A stretch of 63,343 nucleotides of DNA, counting the filler, from Blastocystis sp. subtype 4 (Eukaryota), in NCBI RefSeq assembly GCF_000743755.1. It is 45 parts of 45 records of this genome, joined end to end, with 100 filler letters (N's around TTAATTAATTAA, not from the genome) between each part and the next. Parts side by side here need not be neighbours in the genome. Positions count along the whole stretch, not along the records: positions 23,232 to 24,597 come from NW_014568681.1; positions 24,698 to 26,014 come from NW_014568680.1; positions 26,115 to 27,455 come from NW_014568679.1; positions 27,556 to 28,870 come from NW_014568678.1; positions 28,971 to 30,290 come from NW_014568677.1; positions 30,391 to 31,686 come from NW_014568676.1; positions 31,787 to 33,119 come from NW_014568675.1; positions 33,220 to 34,513 come from NW_014568674.1; 37 more parts are not named here. One strand, 5' to 3'. Of the stretch, positions 23,960 through 36,006 are shown in pieces. Numbering within the stretch: the stretch's first letter is position 1; each line of letters starts with the position of its first letter. The notes under the pieces were generated by a model that worked only from the letters and a program-made list of their open reading frames with translations, was not told the origin of the DNA and did not search any database. The position numbers were made by a program, and so were the translations under genes.

Positions 23960-24597
23960 TTACGCCTTGGAAAGTCTCTTCGACACACGAGCGCTCTTTC
24001 TCTCCTTGTTCAGTTGCTCCAGACGCTGTTTGTACTCAGCAGCCTCCACACGAGCCTTCTCCATAGCAGCCTTCTTCTCAGCCAGACGAGCACGCTTGTG
24101 GCACAACACACGATGAGTCACCAGACGCTGGATCTTTGGAGCCTTGTCTCGCTTGTGACCATTATGTTCGAAGGTACGACGAATCACGAACTTGCGAACA
24201 TCATCCTCCTTCGTCAGACCAAACAACTTGCGAATGTGACTAGCTCTCTTAGGACCCAGACGACGGGGCTTTGCAGATGCTTCGTCTGTCAGACCCGGAA
24301 TCTCCTGTTCACCCTTCTTCACAATCATCAAGTTCAGAACACAAATGTCCGAACCCACAATACAACCACGAACAGACTTGCGCTTTCTCTCACCCTATAC
24401 ATCATTCCCTTCCATTGAGAACAACATCACGACGCGCACGATAACAAGAACTGCCGTCAGCAAGAAGGAGACGCACACGATGGTTGCAAAGAACACCTTG
24501 CTTCATAGGGAATCCCTGCTTATCGTTTCCTCCAGTAATGCTACTTCCTCAACCAAACCAACTAAACACTACCGGAAAACATAACCCTTGAATTCAT
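23960..24597 (-). CDS. RPS6: 40S ribosomal protein S6, 3' part
   Basis: [53 protein letters not shown]; introns 24541-24572 and 24395-24425. Confidence 0.97.
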
Positions 24598-25566
24598 NNN
24601 NNNNNNNNNNNNNNNNNNNNNNNNNNNNNNNNNNNNNNNNNTTAATTAATTAANNNNNNNNNNNNNNNNNNNNNNNNNNNNNNNNNNNNNNNNNNNNGTT
24701 CTTGCAACTGGAAGAAAATCACTTAAGAGTTCCTTGATCTATCAGTTTCCAGAGAGTGAAGGTGGTGATAAAACGGATTTGCTGATTGAAGTGCTTGATA
24801 GTCACTATTTCCAGTTTTTGATATCCAGTTAAGATACGAATGAAATCCCTCTCATTGACATATGATTCTTTTGAAAGCGGTGCAAGCATTATTTCCATTG
24901 AACACTAAGTAATCAAGCCCATTCATTTGAAGGAAAGTGACATGATAATAGATATTAGATAATGAGTTCATTAACAAACACATCGACTTAGTGTCTTCCT
25001 CCATGACTATTCACATACAAAGCTCCTGCGCTTTGGTTACCAGACACTTCACTGACTCCTCTTCCACTTGACCATGCAGAACTCATTTCAGACGCAGCTG
25101 GAGAATCACGAATAATACCAGGAGAACTGTATCCTCTCGAAGCTGCTGCAGCACCATCATAGGATCCGTTAGACTTACTCATTCTCAATTGACAATTCTT
25201 TCGATAAGATTATTATGATTCATTTCAATATCACTGAAATCAACTGAAATCAACGGTCATGCTGAACATCAATCCTTTTCTCTCACGTATTCTATCCATC
25301 CTTCTCATATCTATTACTATTCACGAACTAGTACTCTCAATTCTGTGTTACTCTTGATCGAACAGTAGTAATAACAGTGATAATACTACTAGGATTTCAT
25401 CTAACAGACTTCGTTCAAGAGTTCCTTCAATATCCCAGTAACTAAACAAATGGGTATCTGTTATTGAGGCGAGGCATACTTGGTTGTTTTATTTGAAAGG
25501 TCTATCATTCATAACAATAGAAAGAAGTAGCTCGATTCTCAGTTGGCTTCACTTAAATTGTAGTTA

Positions 25567-26014
25567 TTAATGAAGAAGTTGGTTTTCCTCCTTGGATAAT
25601 GAAAGTGATGATATCAATGAAGATAGAAATAGAAATAAATCCACCTCCATTCTCAGCATTGGTTGAATAGGAAGTGATCCTGAGATAATGGAGAGAGTAG
25701 AGACTTTGGTGAGAGTGGGAGTGATAGAGAAGGATAATCCTTGACCAATGATGAGATTGGTTTGAGGATATGAGATGAGAGATGAAATGATCTCAATTGT
25801 AATCGAAATAGAATCCATCCCACTTCCATTCTGCATTGATTGAATAAGAGGTGATTGATTTGACAGTGGTTGGAGTTCCATGAATCTCTCCTGTGAGTGG
25901 ATCCAATGTCAATCCATCAGGAAGAGTCTGAGAAGAAAGATACCATCTCTGAACAGTATTGATGAATGAAGGAATTCCTGTAGATGCAAATCGTCATGCA
26001 ACAATAGAAGTGTA
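25567..26014 (-). pseudogene. Degenerate Ig-like surface protein fragment
   Basis: LPDGLTLDPLTGEI and IISGSLP remnants with frameshifts. Confidence 0.6.
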
Positions 26015-26217
26015 NNNNNNNNNNNNNNNNNNNNNNNNNNNNNNNNNNNNNNNNNNNNTTAATTAATTAANNNNNNNNNNNNNNNNNNNNNNNNNNNNNN
26101 NNNNNNNNNNNNNNGATTCCTTCAATTATTGAATTAGGATAATCCTACTATTGAATGATTTCTATCTGATGAAGAATTCAATTGAATTGTGAGAAATGTT
26201 CATATTATTAATTAGAG

Positions 26218-27455
26218 ATGACAGGTTTTCGTTTGATTCTATTTCCAGTCATCTATATTCTTACACTTGTTTCTCTTTTCATCTATGGATCATTCAATGA
26301 TGGGAGATCGATTCAATCTGAATCTGTAACAAGGGATTCACCAAAACATCTCCTCTTCTTCCCTGATATCCATGTTGGAACAACAAATGACTTAGCAATG
26401 ACTCTTCATTCTTATGGTCACTCTCTCTATCTTTTCAATAAGAGATGTACTCTTCCTCGGTATTCAACTGTCTATGATTCAATCATTTCTCCAGAAAGGT
26501 ATTTGTCCTCACAACATCATTATGGTGAGATTATCATTCCCAATACAACCATTTGTAATCAAGCAGAGTGTAAATGGTTTAGCATGAAATATGTGAATCG
26601 AATATGGCCTCTCTTTGAAAATGATCCTATCTTCAGAGAGGCTGATGCGATAATTTGCATGTTCTATCCTTCTCATTGTCAGAACTATCTTGTCTTCAAC
26701 AAAACCACAATCTTCATTCCTGCTCATCGATTCTCTCTTAAGCGTTGTCCTGAAGCCGATATCAGAAATCTCTACAAATGGATGTTTGAAAAACCAGATG
26801 CTCCTGTGATTGTGATGGCAGCAGGGAGATATGATGCTGAGTATATCAATTACTATTCTGGTAAACAAGTGCCTTATATCATTGCTTCTAGTGTTCTTGG
26901 ATATGAACCTCCAAAGAAATATGATCCTGAATTCTCTGATTTCATCTTTGCTCCATTCAAGTTTCTCAAACGAGGACCCGAATTCAGATCCAATATCACA
27001 TCTGCTTGTCATTCTCAGGGTTTCAATTGTTCAGTGGTTCGTATCAATGAGGTACTTCATCGACCTTTTGAATTGCCAGATATCAATCGATTCAAAGCAG
27101 CTATTCTCTTTCCTTATGCCATGTTATCCTATTACATTGCTGATCTAATCACTACAGCTATTCCTCTTTTTGTTCCTTCTCCTAGGATGATGGCTAGAGA
27201 GAANATTGGATTTGATGCTAGGAATAATGATATTCAGTATTGTTGGACTCGAGCCAATGAGTTACCTCGTCATCCAAACACAACTCATCCTTATTCTCCT
27301 GAGGATCGAAGTATCAGAGCAGTTGAGTATTGGACACAATATGCTTCATTCTATACTCCCTGTTCTATTCAATTCAATGACTACAATCATCTAGCCAGAC
27401 TCATGAGAACAACAAACTATAGTAGTGTATTTGAATGCAATCTACAATATCGTGA
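26218..27455 (+). CDS. Type II membrane glycosyltransferase-like protein of unknown specificity
   Basis: N-terminal hydrophobic anchor, DIHVG motif, long luminal domain with KAAILFPY and TAIPLFVPSP (GT-B-like by eye). Confidence 0.45.
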
Positions 27456-27696
27456 NNNNNNNNNNNNNNNNNNNNNNNNNNNNNNNNNNNNNNNNNNNNT
27501 TAATTAATTAANNNNNNNNNNNNNNNNNNNNNNNNNNNNNNNNNNNNNNNNNNNNACATTTGCATTCTTCTTGATTATGAATAGAACTGCTTCTTTTGGT
27601 TCATTCATTTTCTCTGCTTTTGAACTGTATTCTTCAGGAGAATACACTTTGAATAAATCAAATAGTTAATGACTCTAAGATGAATGGGATTGAACA

Positions 27697-27845
27697 ATGA
27701 GTTCGTTTAGCCATTTGAACGTAGATGCAGTTCGTATAAGTGATATGCGTTCGGTTCAGTTTGATGTGCGTGATCGTTATGGTGAAGTAGTGTCAATCGC
27801 TTCAGATATCTACATCAACATCCAATTTACATATTCAACAAACAG
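27697..27845 (+). pseudogene. C-terminal fragment of a Polinton-like penton protein
   Basis: MRSVQFDVRDRYGEVVSIASDIYINIQF matches the penton C-terminal pattern i.i.l.D..G..v......i.l.f. Confidence 0.5.
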
Positions 27846-27999
27846 ATTCTACTACATTTGTTTATTGTGTTTTAATTTGACTCATTTTGCATTATCCACT
27901 ATGGTGTCGAACGAACAGATCAAGAAAATGAGCATCTTAATAATTATCAATTCACAATCATACTCGAACTGTTCAATTCTCTTACACCATTGAAAGCAC

Positions 28000-28870
28000 T
28001 ATTCAATTGTATTCCTTCATCAGCGAGAGATGGAATGTCTAGTTTAAAAACAGTCACAAACATCACTCTCCAATATTACCTTCCGTATACCCAAGAAATT
28101 GCAACCATCTCCTTTGAATAGAGATAGAGAAGGAAGATCTCATCAATCAATCATCACCATCATTCAAACTCTTTATTGTCAATACAATCGAGTCAGTTGT
28201 CTTATAATCGCCTTGAAGAGCTCCCTCCCTTAGAATGATGGACTGAAGTCGAGTCAGATCTCATTTATAAGTCATACAACCATTCATACTCTCAAATATA
28301 ATCGAATGACACTTAAAGAATGCATATTTACCCAATTGAATGGAGATGAGAGAAGGAAGATTCTTCAATTCAAATGATTCGTACCAATAGAATAAACATC
28401 TTCCAATGTGGATTTCTTTTAATTCATCACAGTTCATTATCACACATTTGCTTCCTCTTCTTGTCTCCTCGCTGACCACTCTCACCCATGCATATTGATC
28501 CAATTGAATGGATTTCAGAGAATGGAGATTATTCAATTCAAAGGATTCATACCAATAGAATGATATGTATCCAAAGTGGATTTGTTTCAATTGATCACAA
28601 TTCATTATCAAACATGAGCTTCCTCGATTATTCTCATTATCGAGATAGAAACTTTTCTCGCCAATGTCTATAGTCTCCAGTATATTCAATCCATCAATCA
28701 CAAATCGATTCACTTTATCAAAACAACGATTTCCAATTTCAATTTGTTTCAATGATATCAATGAATTGTTGAATATCAATGATGATATATCAGGATTGAA
28801 ATGATCATCAATAATCAGAGATTCAATACAACTAGTAACAATCAATTCACAATCATCAATCCATTTCATT
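28000..28870 (-). CDS. LRR protein family 1 with an internally duplicated LRR block
   Basis: RGSSCLIMNCDQL...YESFEL block occurs twice; family intron pattern follows. Confidence 0.7.
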
Positions 28871-28970
28871 NNNNNNNNNNNNNNNNNNNNNNNNNNNNNN
28901 NNNNNNNNNNNNNNTTAATTAATTAANNNNNNNNNNNNNNNNNNNNNNNNNNNNNNNNNNNNNNNNNNNN

Positions 28971-30290
28971 TATGAATGAAGCAACTATGATTAACTGGGC
29001 ATTTGAAGCGAATAGCATGACAAGTGTGTTGAATGCTCCAGTTGGAATAAGCAAGTTGATGATTGGTGACAATTGTTGTGATGAAGTCAATTTCACTTCT
29101 CTGGATCTGAGTCGATTTGTTCATTTGAAGTCATTGGTGATTGGAAAGAACTCTCTGAATGAGATTGTGACAATCACAGGTGTTGAATATGAATTGTTGA
29201 ATGAAGTGATTATTGGTGAGAATAGTCTGAGTTCATTGAGTCATTCGTGAGGAATTGAGTGTTAATTGATGACTAGATACACAGTGAATAATCGCAATAC
29301 CTTGTTGAGTATTCCTTGGGATGTAACTGCACTGACTGTAACTGCCAATTCATGTAATGATAATACCATTAATGTGGTTGATTTGAGTTCATTCAAATTT
29401 GTTCGAAGTGTTGTGATTGGTGATAGCTGTTTCCAGTATGTTCAGATATTCTCGATAGTGGGACTCAATTGGCTTGAATCAGTCAGTATTGGTTCTTCCA
29501 GTTTTGGGGGTACTGGTTCATTATGGAAGGGTAGTGAGTTGAAGATTGTGAATTGTCCACAATTGAAGAGTTTGAGTATTAGAGCTGTTTCATTTGTTCG
29601 ATACAATTGGTTTGAATTGTCTGAGTTGCCTCAACTGAAATCTGTTGTAATGACTAGTAATGCTTATCATGGTTGTTTTCGATATGCTTGTAATGCAGTA
29701 TTCAGAGGTATGAATGATGGAAGAGATGGATTGTAGACTTGCCATCATTGGAGACTATTGATCTAGGAGATGGTGCCTTCCAATATGCAGAATATGTAGT
29801 ATTTGAAAGTATGTGATAATAGGAATTGAACATATCAGATCTTCCTAAGTTGACAGTGTTACTATTACAGACTTGGTGCTTGGAAGGTTCGACTTCTACA
29901 AAGACAATTGATGTAATTCCCTATTACTATAAGAATACTCTTATCATGAGGAGTATGTATGTTAACAGTTCTAATCATCAGATCTAGTGATGATGTGTTT
30001 GAGAATATGGGTTTTGTAAGGTTAGAAAGTATCACATTTGGAAGTATCAAACAATAGATGTTAGATCACCTCTCAATATTGAAGTATCTGGTTCTAATCA
30101 TTTCCAATACACTCACACTGTTGAAGTGAATAGTTGATGATTGGATTGTTGATTGAGATGTAGATGCATCTAGTCTTGTTCAGTTGATATTATCCAGAAG
30201 TGTTTATGTGAAAGCAACAGGTGAAGTGATTGATCTCAGTTCAATTCCATTATCAGTTGAGGATCTGAGGTTTGAGGATTATTCTCAAGT
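28971..30290 (+). CDS. LRR protein family 2, paralogue or allele of 21812-23131; possibly disrupted
   Basis: Collinear with 21812-22930; lacks 25 nt of exon near 29985. Confidence 0.7.
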
Positions 30291-30390
30291 NNNNNNNNNN
30301 NNNNNNNNNNNNNNNNNNNNNNNNNNNNNNNNNNTTAATTAATTAANNNNNNNNNNNNNNNNNNNNNNNNNNNNNNNNNNNNNNNNNNNN

Positions 30391-31197
30391 TGTGATCTGG
30401 TTCACATACTCCTGATCTCCATTCTTCATCTTGATAATATCATGCTTAAGCTGAGTGTTCTTCAAAATACGCAAATCAGGAGTTACACTGGATACATCAC
30501 CTGAGTATGTATGAAGAGTTAGATCACATCGAACAATCGAACATTCATCCTTATTGATAGCCAGATTAGAAGAAGTTCCACCAGATGTAGTATAGATTCC
30601 TGAACCATCCGATGCCATCTGGAAGAACTCATCTGGTTCAACGAATGTCAAATCTGCTTTCAACATCTTCAGATTGATGAAAGATGGACTGTTACATCCT
30701 GCCAAAACTTGACTTAAAGGAACATTCAGATCGAAATCCCATTCAGTATCACTATGTTTTGTCAATGGGATATCTCCAGTAAAGATACTTGATCCACTAC
30801 TATTGTACCCAAATTCGGTCAGACCAACAGCCTGATCATGAGCATTCTTGGTTGTGAACAATTGGGTCAACACATTTCGTGCTTGACCAATGTACTGAGA
30901 TTCATCCTGTAATACAACATTCATAACCTCATTATTCTCATTGATGTACTGATAGTTCACTGTACTGTTCTTCACAATGCCTGCAGGTTGTTGAGCTGCA
31001 TATGCAACAATTGAAGCCTTACTGGACTGAGAAGCAGTGAATTTCACACGCACTTTGAATGTGAAGTAGCTGTTGTAGAGATCATAGAGATGATCATCCT
31101 GTGTGCTGGATAGTTGGACAGTGTATTGATTAACACTGTTGAAAGGATGTGGAGTAGTAGTGAGTGTTCTGTTCTCAAATAGATGAACAAGCGACAT
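30391..31197 (-). CDS. Polinton/Maverick-like double jelly-roll major capsid protein, N-terminal part
   Basis: YTVQL...DHLYDLYNSYFTFKVRV, FDLNVPLSQVLAGC, LKADLTF, SIVRCDLTL follow the strand pattern of Polinton-type MCPs; intronless. Confidence 0.6.
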
Positions 31198-31254
31198 TTC
31201 TTTACTATAGTAAGAGAAAAAGATGCAAAGTGTTTTTTACTTTGAATAAGTAAA

Positions 31255-31686
31255 ATGAATGATCCATTAGAGTTTAGTCCATGGCAAAACAATCCTTTAG
31301 ATTGGATGACAAGAGAATTGAACAAGAAGAATGCGAAATTGAAAGGATATACGATATAACAAATCTGTTCCATTTGATAGAATCTTCAAGTATGACACAA
31401 ATGTTGTTACAAAGAATCCAGCATCTGTCAATTACATGAAACCATTCTCCTTTGATCTTACATACACAAAGATGAACACCGAAAGACCAAAACTCGTTGA
31501 CAAGTATGTGAACAATTCTACTAACAAACGATTAAGAATCGCTGATAGGATGAGGAAAATGGTTGGAGATGTGAAAGTGAATCGAGCTGTTGATATGTCG
31601 AATATACCTTCTGAAGAACAAGATAAGGTATTGAAGATTCTTGGTATGACTGAATCTCAACTCAAGGATACTCCTCCAGAGAACTA
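31255..31686 (+). CDS. Hypothetical virus-element gene divergent from the capsid gene; one frameshift near 31350
   Basis: MNDPLEFSPWQNNPLDW...KG then a second frame RYNKSVPFDRIFKY...MKPFSF open to the contig end; intronless. Confidence 0.45.
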
Positions 31687-31786
31687 NNNNNNNNNNNNNN
31701 NNNNNNNNNNNNNNNNNNNNNNNNNNNNNNTTAATTAATTAANNNNNNNNNNNNNNNNNNNNNNNNNNNNNNNNNNNNNNNNNNNN

Positions 31787-32321
31787 CTCAAATCGAGAAC
31801 TTCCTTCAGGACTTATTTCAGGTGGAGCTGTTCTTTCTCGCAATTCTCCTAATAGTCACAAATTCTGGAAATCCTGTTATCGGTACATGCAGATTAGAAA
31901 TCAACGTGATGATCAAGGTGGAATGATTCCTATTCGCTCGTTCTTTGATCGATTAGGTTTGTTCAATTTCAAATGGTTGAGTAGTAATTGGTTCTTTGCC
32001 CACAATGGAATTGGGGAGAATGGAATCTTCTTTGATGCATCCAATTGTTATCGTAGTTCTGTAGTAGTGAATGGTCCTATTCGTTTTGTTCATGGTTCTC
32101 CTGATGTTTGTGAGTTGATGAATGGTCGTTCAAATGAATTTGTGAATCGAAGTCGAATCTATTATTCTCGAGGTACTTGCAGTTGTACCAATGAAGAGAA
32201 GAATGTATTGTTTGATATGAAGGAGTTGCGAGAGCGAGTTTGTTCTGTGACTCTTCCTTCTTATCGATGGAATGAATTTGCTTCTTATCCTTCTCGTGAT
32301 TTGTTTTGGCCTCGAGATTGA
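31787..32321 (+). CDS. Hypothetical protein, C-terminal part
   Basis: Open frame ending TGA at 32319-32321 with TGTTTGTT at 32330-32337. Confidence 0.55.
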
Positions 32322-33219
32322 GTTTCTTTTGTTTGTTTTGATAATTAATGGTGGGGCCAAGCTGTTTGGAGAGTAGGCGTGCATACCACCATAACCCATT
32401 ACCACCCCATAGTAGATCAAATATGTGTATGACTTGATGCATTGAACATACAGTGAATGACACCCTAAATATGGTTGATTGTGATGATAGGTGAGATATT
32501 AGGCTATAAACGATCAGAAGGAATACTTATTAACTCTTTCGGATAAACTGAGAGAACGTAATAACATATACCATTTTTATATTGTCTATTCGTCGTATTT
32601 ATCATAAAATTATCTGCGAATCAAATTACTGCTACTATAATCATACAGTTGTAGTAGTGAGGAAGACGAGACGTTAGAAACACTATATTTACTTAGAAAA
32701 TGATGGTATCAGACCTTCACTTGCGTTATCATTCCATATACTTCTGTTATCATTTCAGTTCATAAGAATAGATGAATGAGATTTGGTTTCAATCAGAGAT
32801 TCGTTTCTTCTCAAATCATTTCAACAATCCATAATCCTACTCATTTCCAATTCAATTCATACTAATTGATTTAGAATAATGAATGATGATCGAATTCATG
32901 AAAGTGTAATCGAATTGGTTCCTAGTAGTGTTTCTCCTTGTGACTGTTGTTCAAGAATATCAATATCATTGAATTTGAGTAATTATGAGATTACTGTTGG
33001 TTGTTATGATGAATTTGATATTTTGGATAGTTGTGGTATGCTTCCGTTTGAAAGAAACGCATATCGATTGAAATTGAATACGAATAGTATCAGAAAACCT
33101 TCTTCTATTGAATCTGACTNNNNNNNNNNNNNNNNNNNNNNNNNNNNNNNNNNNNNNNNNNNNTTAATTAATTAANNNNNNNNNNNNNNNNNNNNNNNNN
33201 NNNNNNNNNNNNNNNNNNN

Positions 33220-34513
33220 TATCGTACTGACAATCCCTTTACATCTGTTACTGCACATCCACGACATCCCAACAACAGCATCACACAACCCAACTGATGA
33301 ATATCCTGACTCTGTAACTCCTGCTGATTGTTCCTTGGTTCCAACACATCCATCACACCCACACTTCCAATTCGATAACGGTTCCGTGTTGTCTCCAACA
33401 CATGACGACAATCTACCACACGACAAGACAAACCATAAGCATGAATGGCTTGTATGGCTGATAGAAGCTGTATTAGAATACACCACAATACATCTTCAGC
33501 AATAGGAGCACTTCCAACAACAGCATTCTAACACATTATCTCCTTTCATCATTCTTACCTTCAAAAAACGATCATATAAGGAGATAGCCGAGGGATAGTA
33601 ATCATGAACAAAGAACACAGCACCATTACTCAGATAACAGTCATGTAGAGAGATAATACTTGGATGAATCAGCTTATTCCATCGATTTGTTACTCCCGTC
33701 TATTTCAGATCTCTCTCTCATTCTTACCACCATCTCATTATTTGTACGAACTCTTTCCACACGACGTAGTGCATAACACACACCATCAGTTGAATCGATC
33801 ACTTTGTATAGAGAACTCAGATAACCAAATGAACCAGTTACAAGCTCTCTTCCAGCAGTATCCAACACTCTATTCTCATATCACCAATCTATCCTCACTT
33901 CATCGAGTGATATCGTTGTGGGATTTGTTTGTATCGAGGATCATTTGGAGCTTCTTGAGCAAGAAGTGTCTTCGCCTATCTCTCACATACTCTCATAACA
34001 AACTACTTCACGTTCATAAAGCTGACATAGTTGAGGATGAATGAAGATTGTTTGAACAGTACGACGTTGAGGTACATTCATGAAGAAAGGAGACTCACTT
34101 ACAGCAGGAGGAAGATTCATCCCGCTTGCCTATTCACCATTTCACTTCCTTTCCAGTCATACGGGATTCATTCCAGCTTCTTGAAACACTTCGTTTCCTG
34201 ACTGTGACTAACTATCATTTCTCATAAACAAATTGACTTTATACAGTGAACTAGAACCATAGCCAAGAGGAAAAAACCTACACTTCACCTCACCCAACAC
34301 CTCTCACCAGTCACTCCTGACAACGAATTTTGTGTCTATGAAATTATTCATAATCAATGAAAATACTATATTGGAGCTTATAGGAGGAATGAACGGTGTT
34401 GCTTCCGAAGTCAATGTTTTCTTGAATCCTTGTGGTAGAAATGGATTTGCAGATTTTACTTTCTGAATCCTAAATAATTCCCCAAAATATACTTACTGTT
34501 AGTGAAAACTCTG
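33220..34513 (-). CDS. PAN3: PAN3 pseudokinase subunit of the PAN2-PAN3 deadenylase, multi-exon fragment
   Basis: SFGYLSSLYKV...DGVCYALRRV, WCILIQLLSAIQAIH..GL, RYRIGSVGVMDVL; PAM2-like LTSEATPFIP near 34385-34415. Confidence 0.85.
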
Positions 34514-34613
34514 NNNNNNNNNNNNNNNNNNNNNNNNNNNNNNNNNNNNNNNNNNNNTTAATTAATTAANNNNNNNNNNNNNNNNNNNNNNNNNNNNNNN
34601 NNNNNNNNNNNNN

Positions 34614-35540
34614 ATGGAATGATTGAATATGAAGGACTATTCAAAGATGATGTTATTATTGATGTTAATGATGATATGAGAATGAAATGGATTGATGACT
34701 GTGAATTGATTGTTACTAGTTGTATTGAATCTCTGATTATTGATGATCATTTCAATCGACCTGATATATCATCATTGATATTGAACAATTCATTGATATC
34801 ATTGAAACAAATTGAGATAGGAAATGATTGTTTTAAGAATGTGAATCGATTTGAGACTGATGGATTGAATGAATTGAAGAGTTTGGTTATTGGAAAGAAC
34901 AGCTTCTGTCTTGATTGGGTTAATAGAGAAGGAAGCAAATGTTTGATAATGAATTGTGATCAATTGAGTGATACTCACGTTGGAGAGAATTCATTCAAGT
35001 ATTATGAATCATTAGAATTGAAGACTCTTCCTTCTCTGATGTCCATTGAAATGGATGGTTTTGTATTTGAGTGGTGTCATAGGATAGTATTTGAGAGTAT
35101 GAATGATTGAATGAATGATGAATGAGATCTTATTCGACTTCAATCTATCATTCTTGGATATCAGATTCTTGATGGTGATTTACATACTGCTGAATCAAAT
35201 GAATTGATAATGAAGAGTACAAATGATGTTGATGATTGATTGATTAGATCTTCCTTCTCTATCTACATTCAAAGGAGATGGTAACAATTTCTTCTACATA
35301 GGCAAAGTGATATTGGAAAGTGATGATTGATGATTGTATCTGAACTAGACATTCCATCACTCACTGATGAAGGAATAATGATGGGCGACAATGTTTTTAG
35401 TAATGTGAAAGAATTAATCTGCTCAAGTATGATTAAATGAATTGATAATGATTAAGATGCTGATTCTCTCGATCGATTCATTCAACAAAAGACAAAGAAT
35501 AATAATAAGGAACAAAATAAGAAATGTGTAATAATCTAAT
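34614..35540 (+). CDS. LRR protein family 1, C-terminal part
   Basis: MIEYEGLFKDD, MKWIDDCELIV, LRR units, family introns. Confidence 0.75.
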
Positions 35541-36006
35541 GAAGTCAATATACTTGTTAATTAGAATAAGGATTTGAATGTTTCAAGTACAAATTGGAAG
35601 CAGACAAACTGTCACAAACGTGAGCCTCCAACCCTGGATAGCTATAAAGGGAAGTGGTAGCAGACAAATCAGTCATGAAAAAGCCCATACCAAAAAGGCA
35701 AATAGCCATAAAGAAGCTCGAAAGGGCAAGCATTTTGATAACAAATTGGAAACATATCCAACCAATTTCATGTCAAATGATGGATACTTGACATCTTTCT
35801 TCTCTCACATAACAACATGTGAACCATCTTCTCGAGTACTAACTGTAAGAGGATTATACTTATTAGATTTGCTAATTCGTGTATCATCCTTCTTTCTGAA
35901 AGTGCCNNNNNNNNNNNNNNNNNNNNNNNNNNNNNNNNNNNNNNNNNNNNTTAATTAATTAANNNNNNNNNNNNNNNNNNNNNNNNNNNNNNNNNNNNNN
36001 NNNNNN

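Noticed and set aside
23657..24584. 253-aa and other plus-strand ORFs
   Set aside because: Antisense shadows of RPS6 and PHB1
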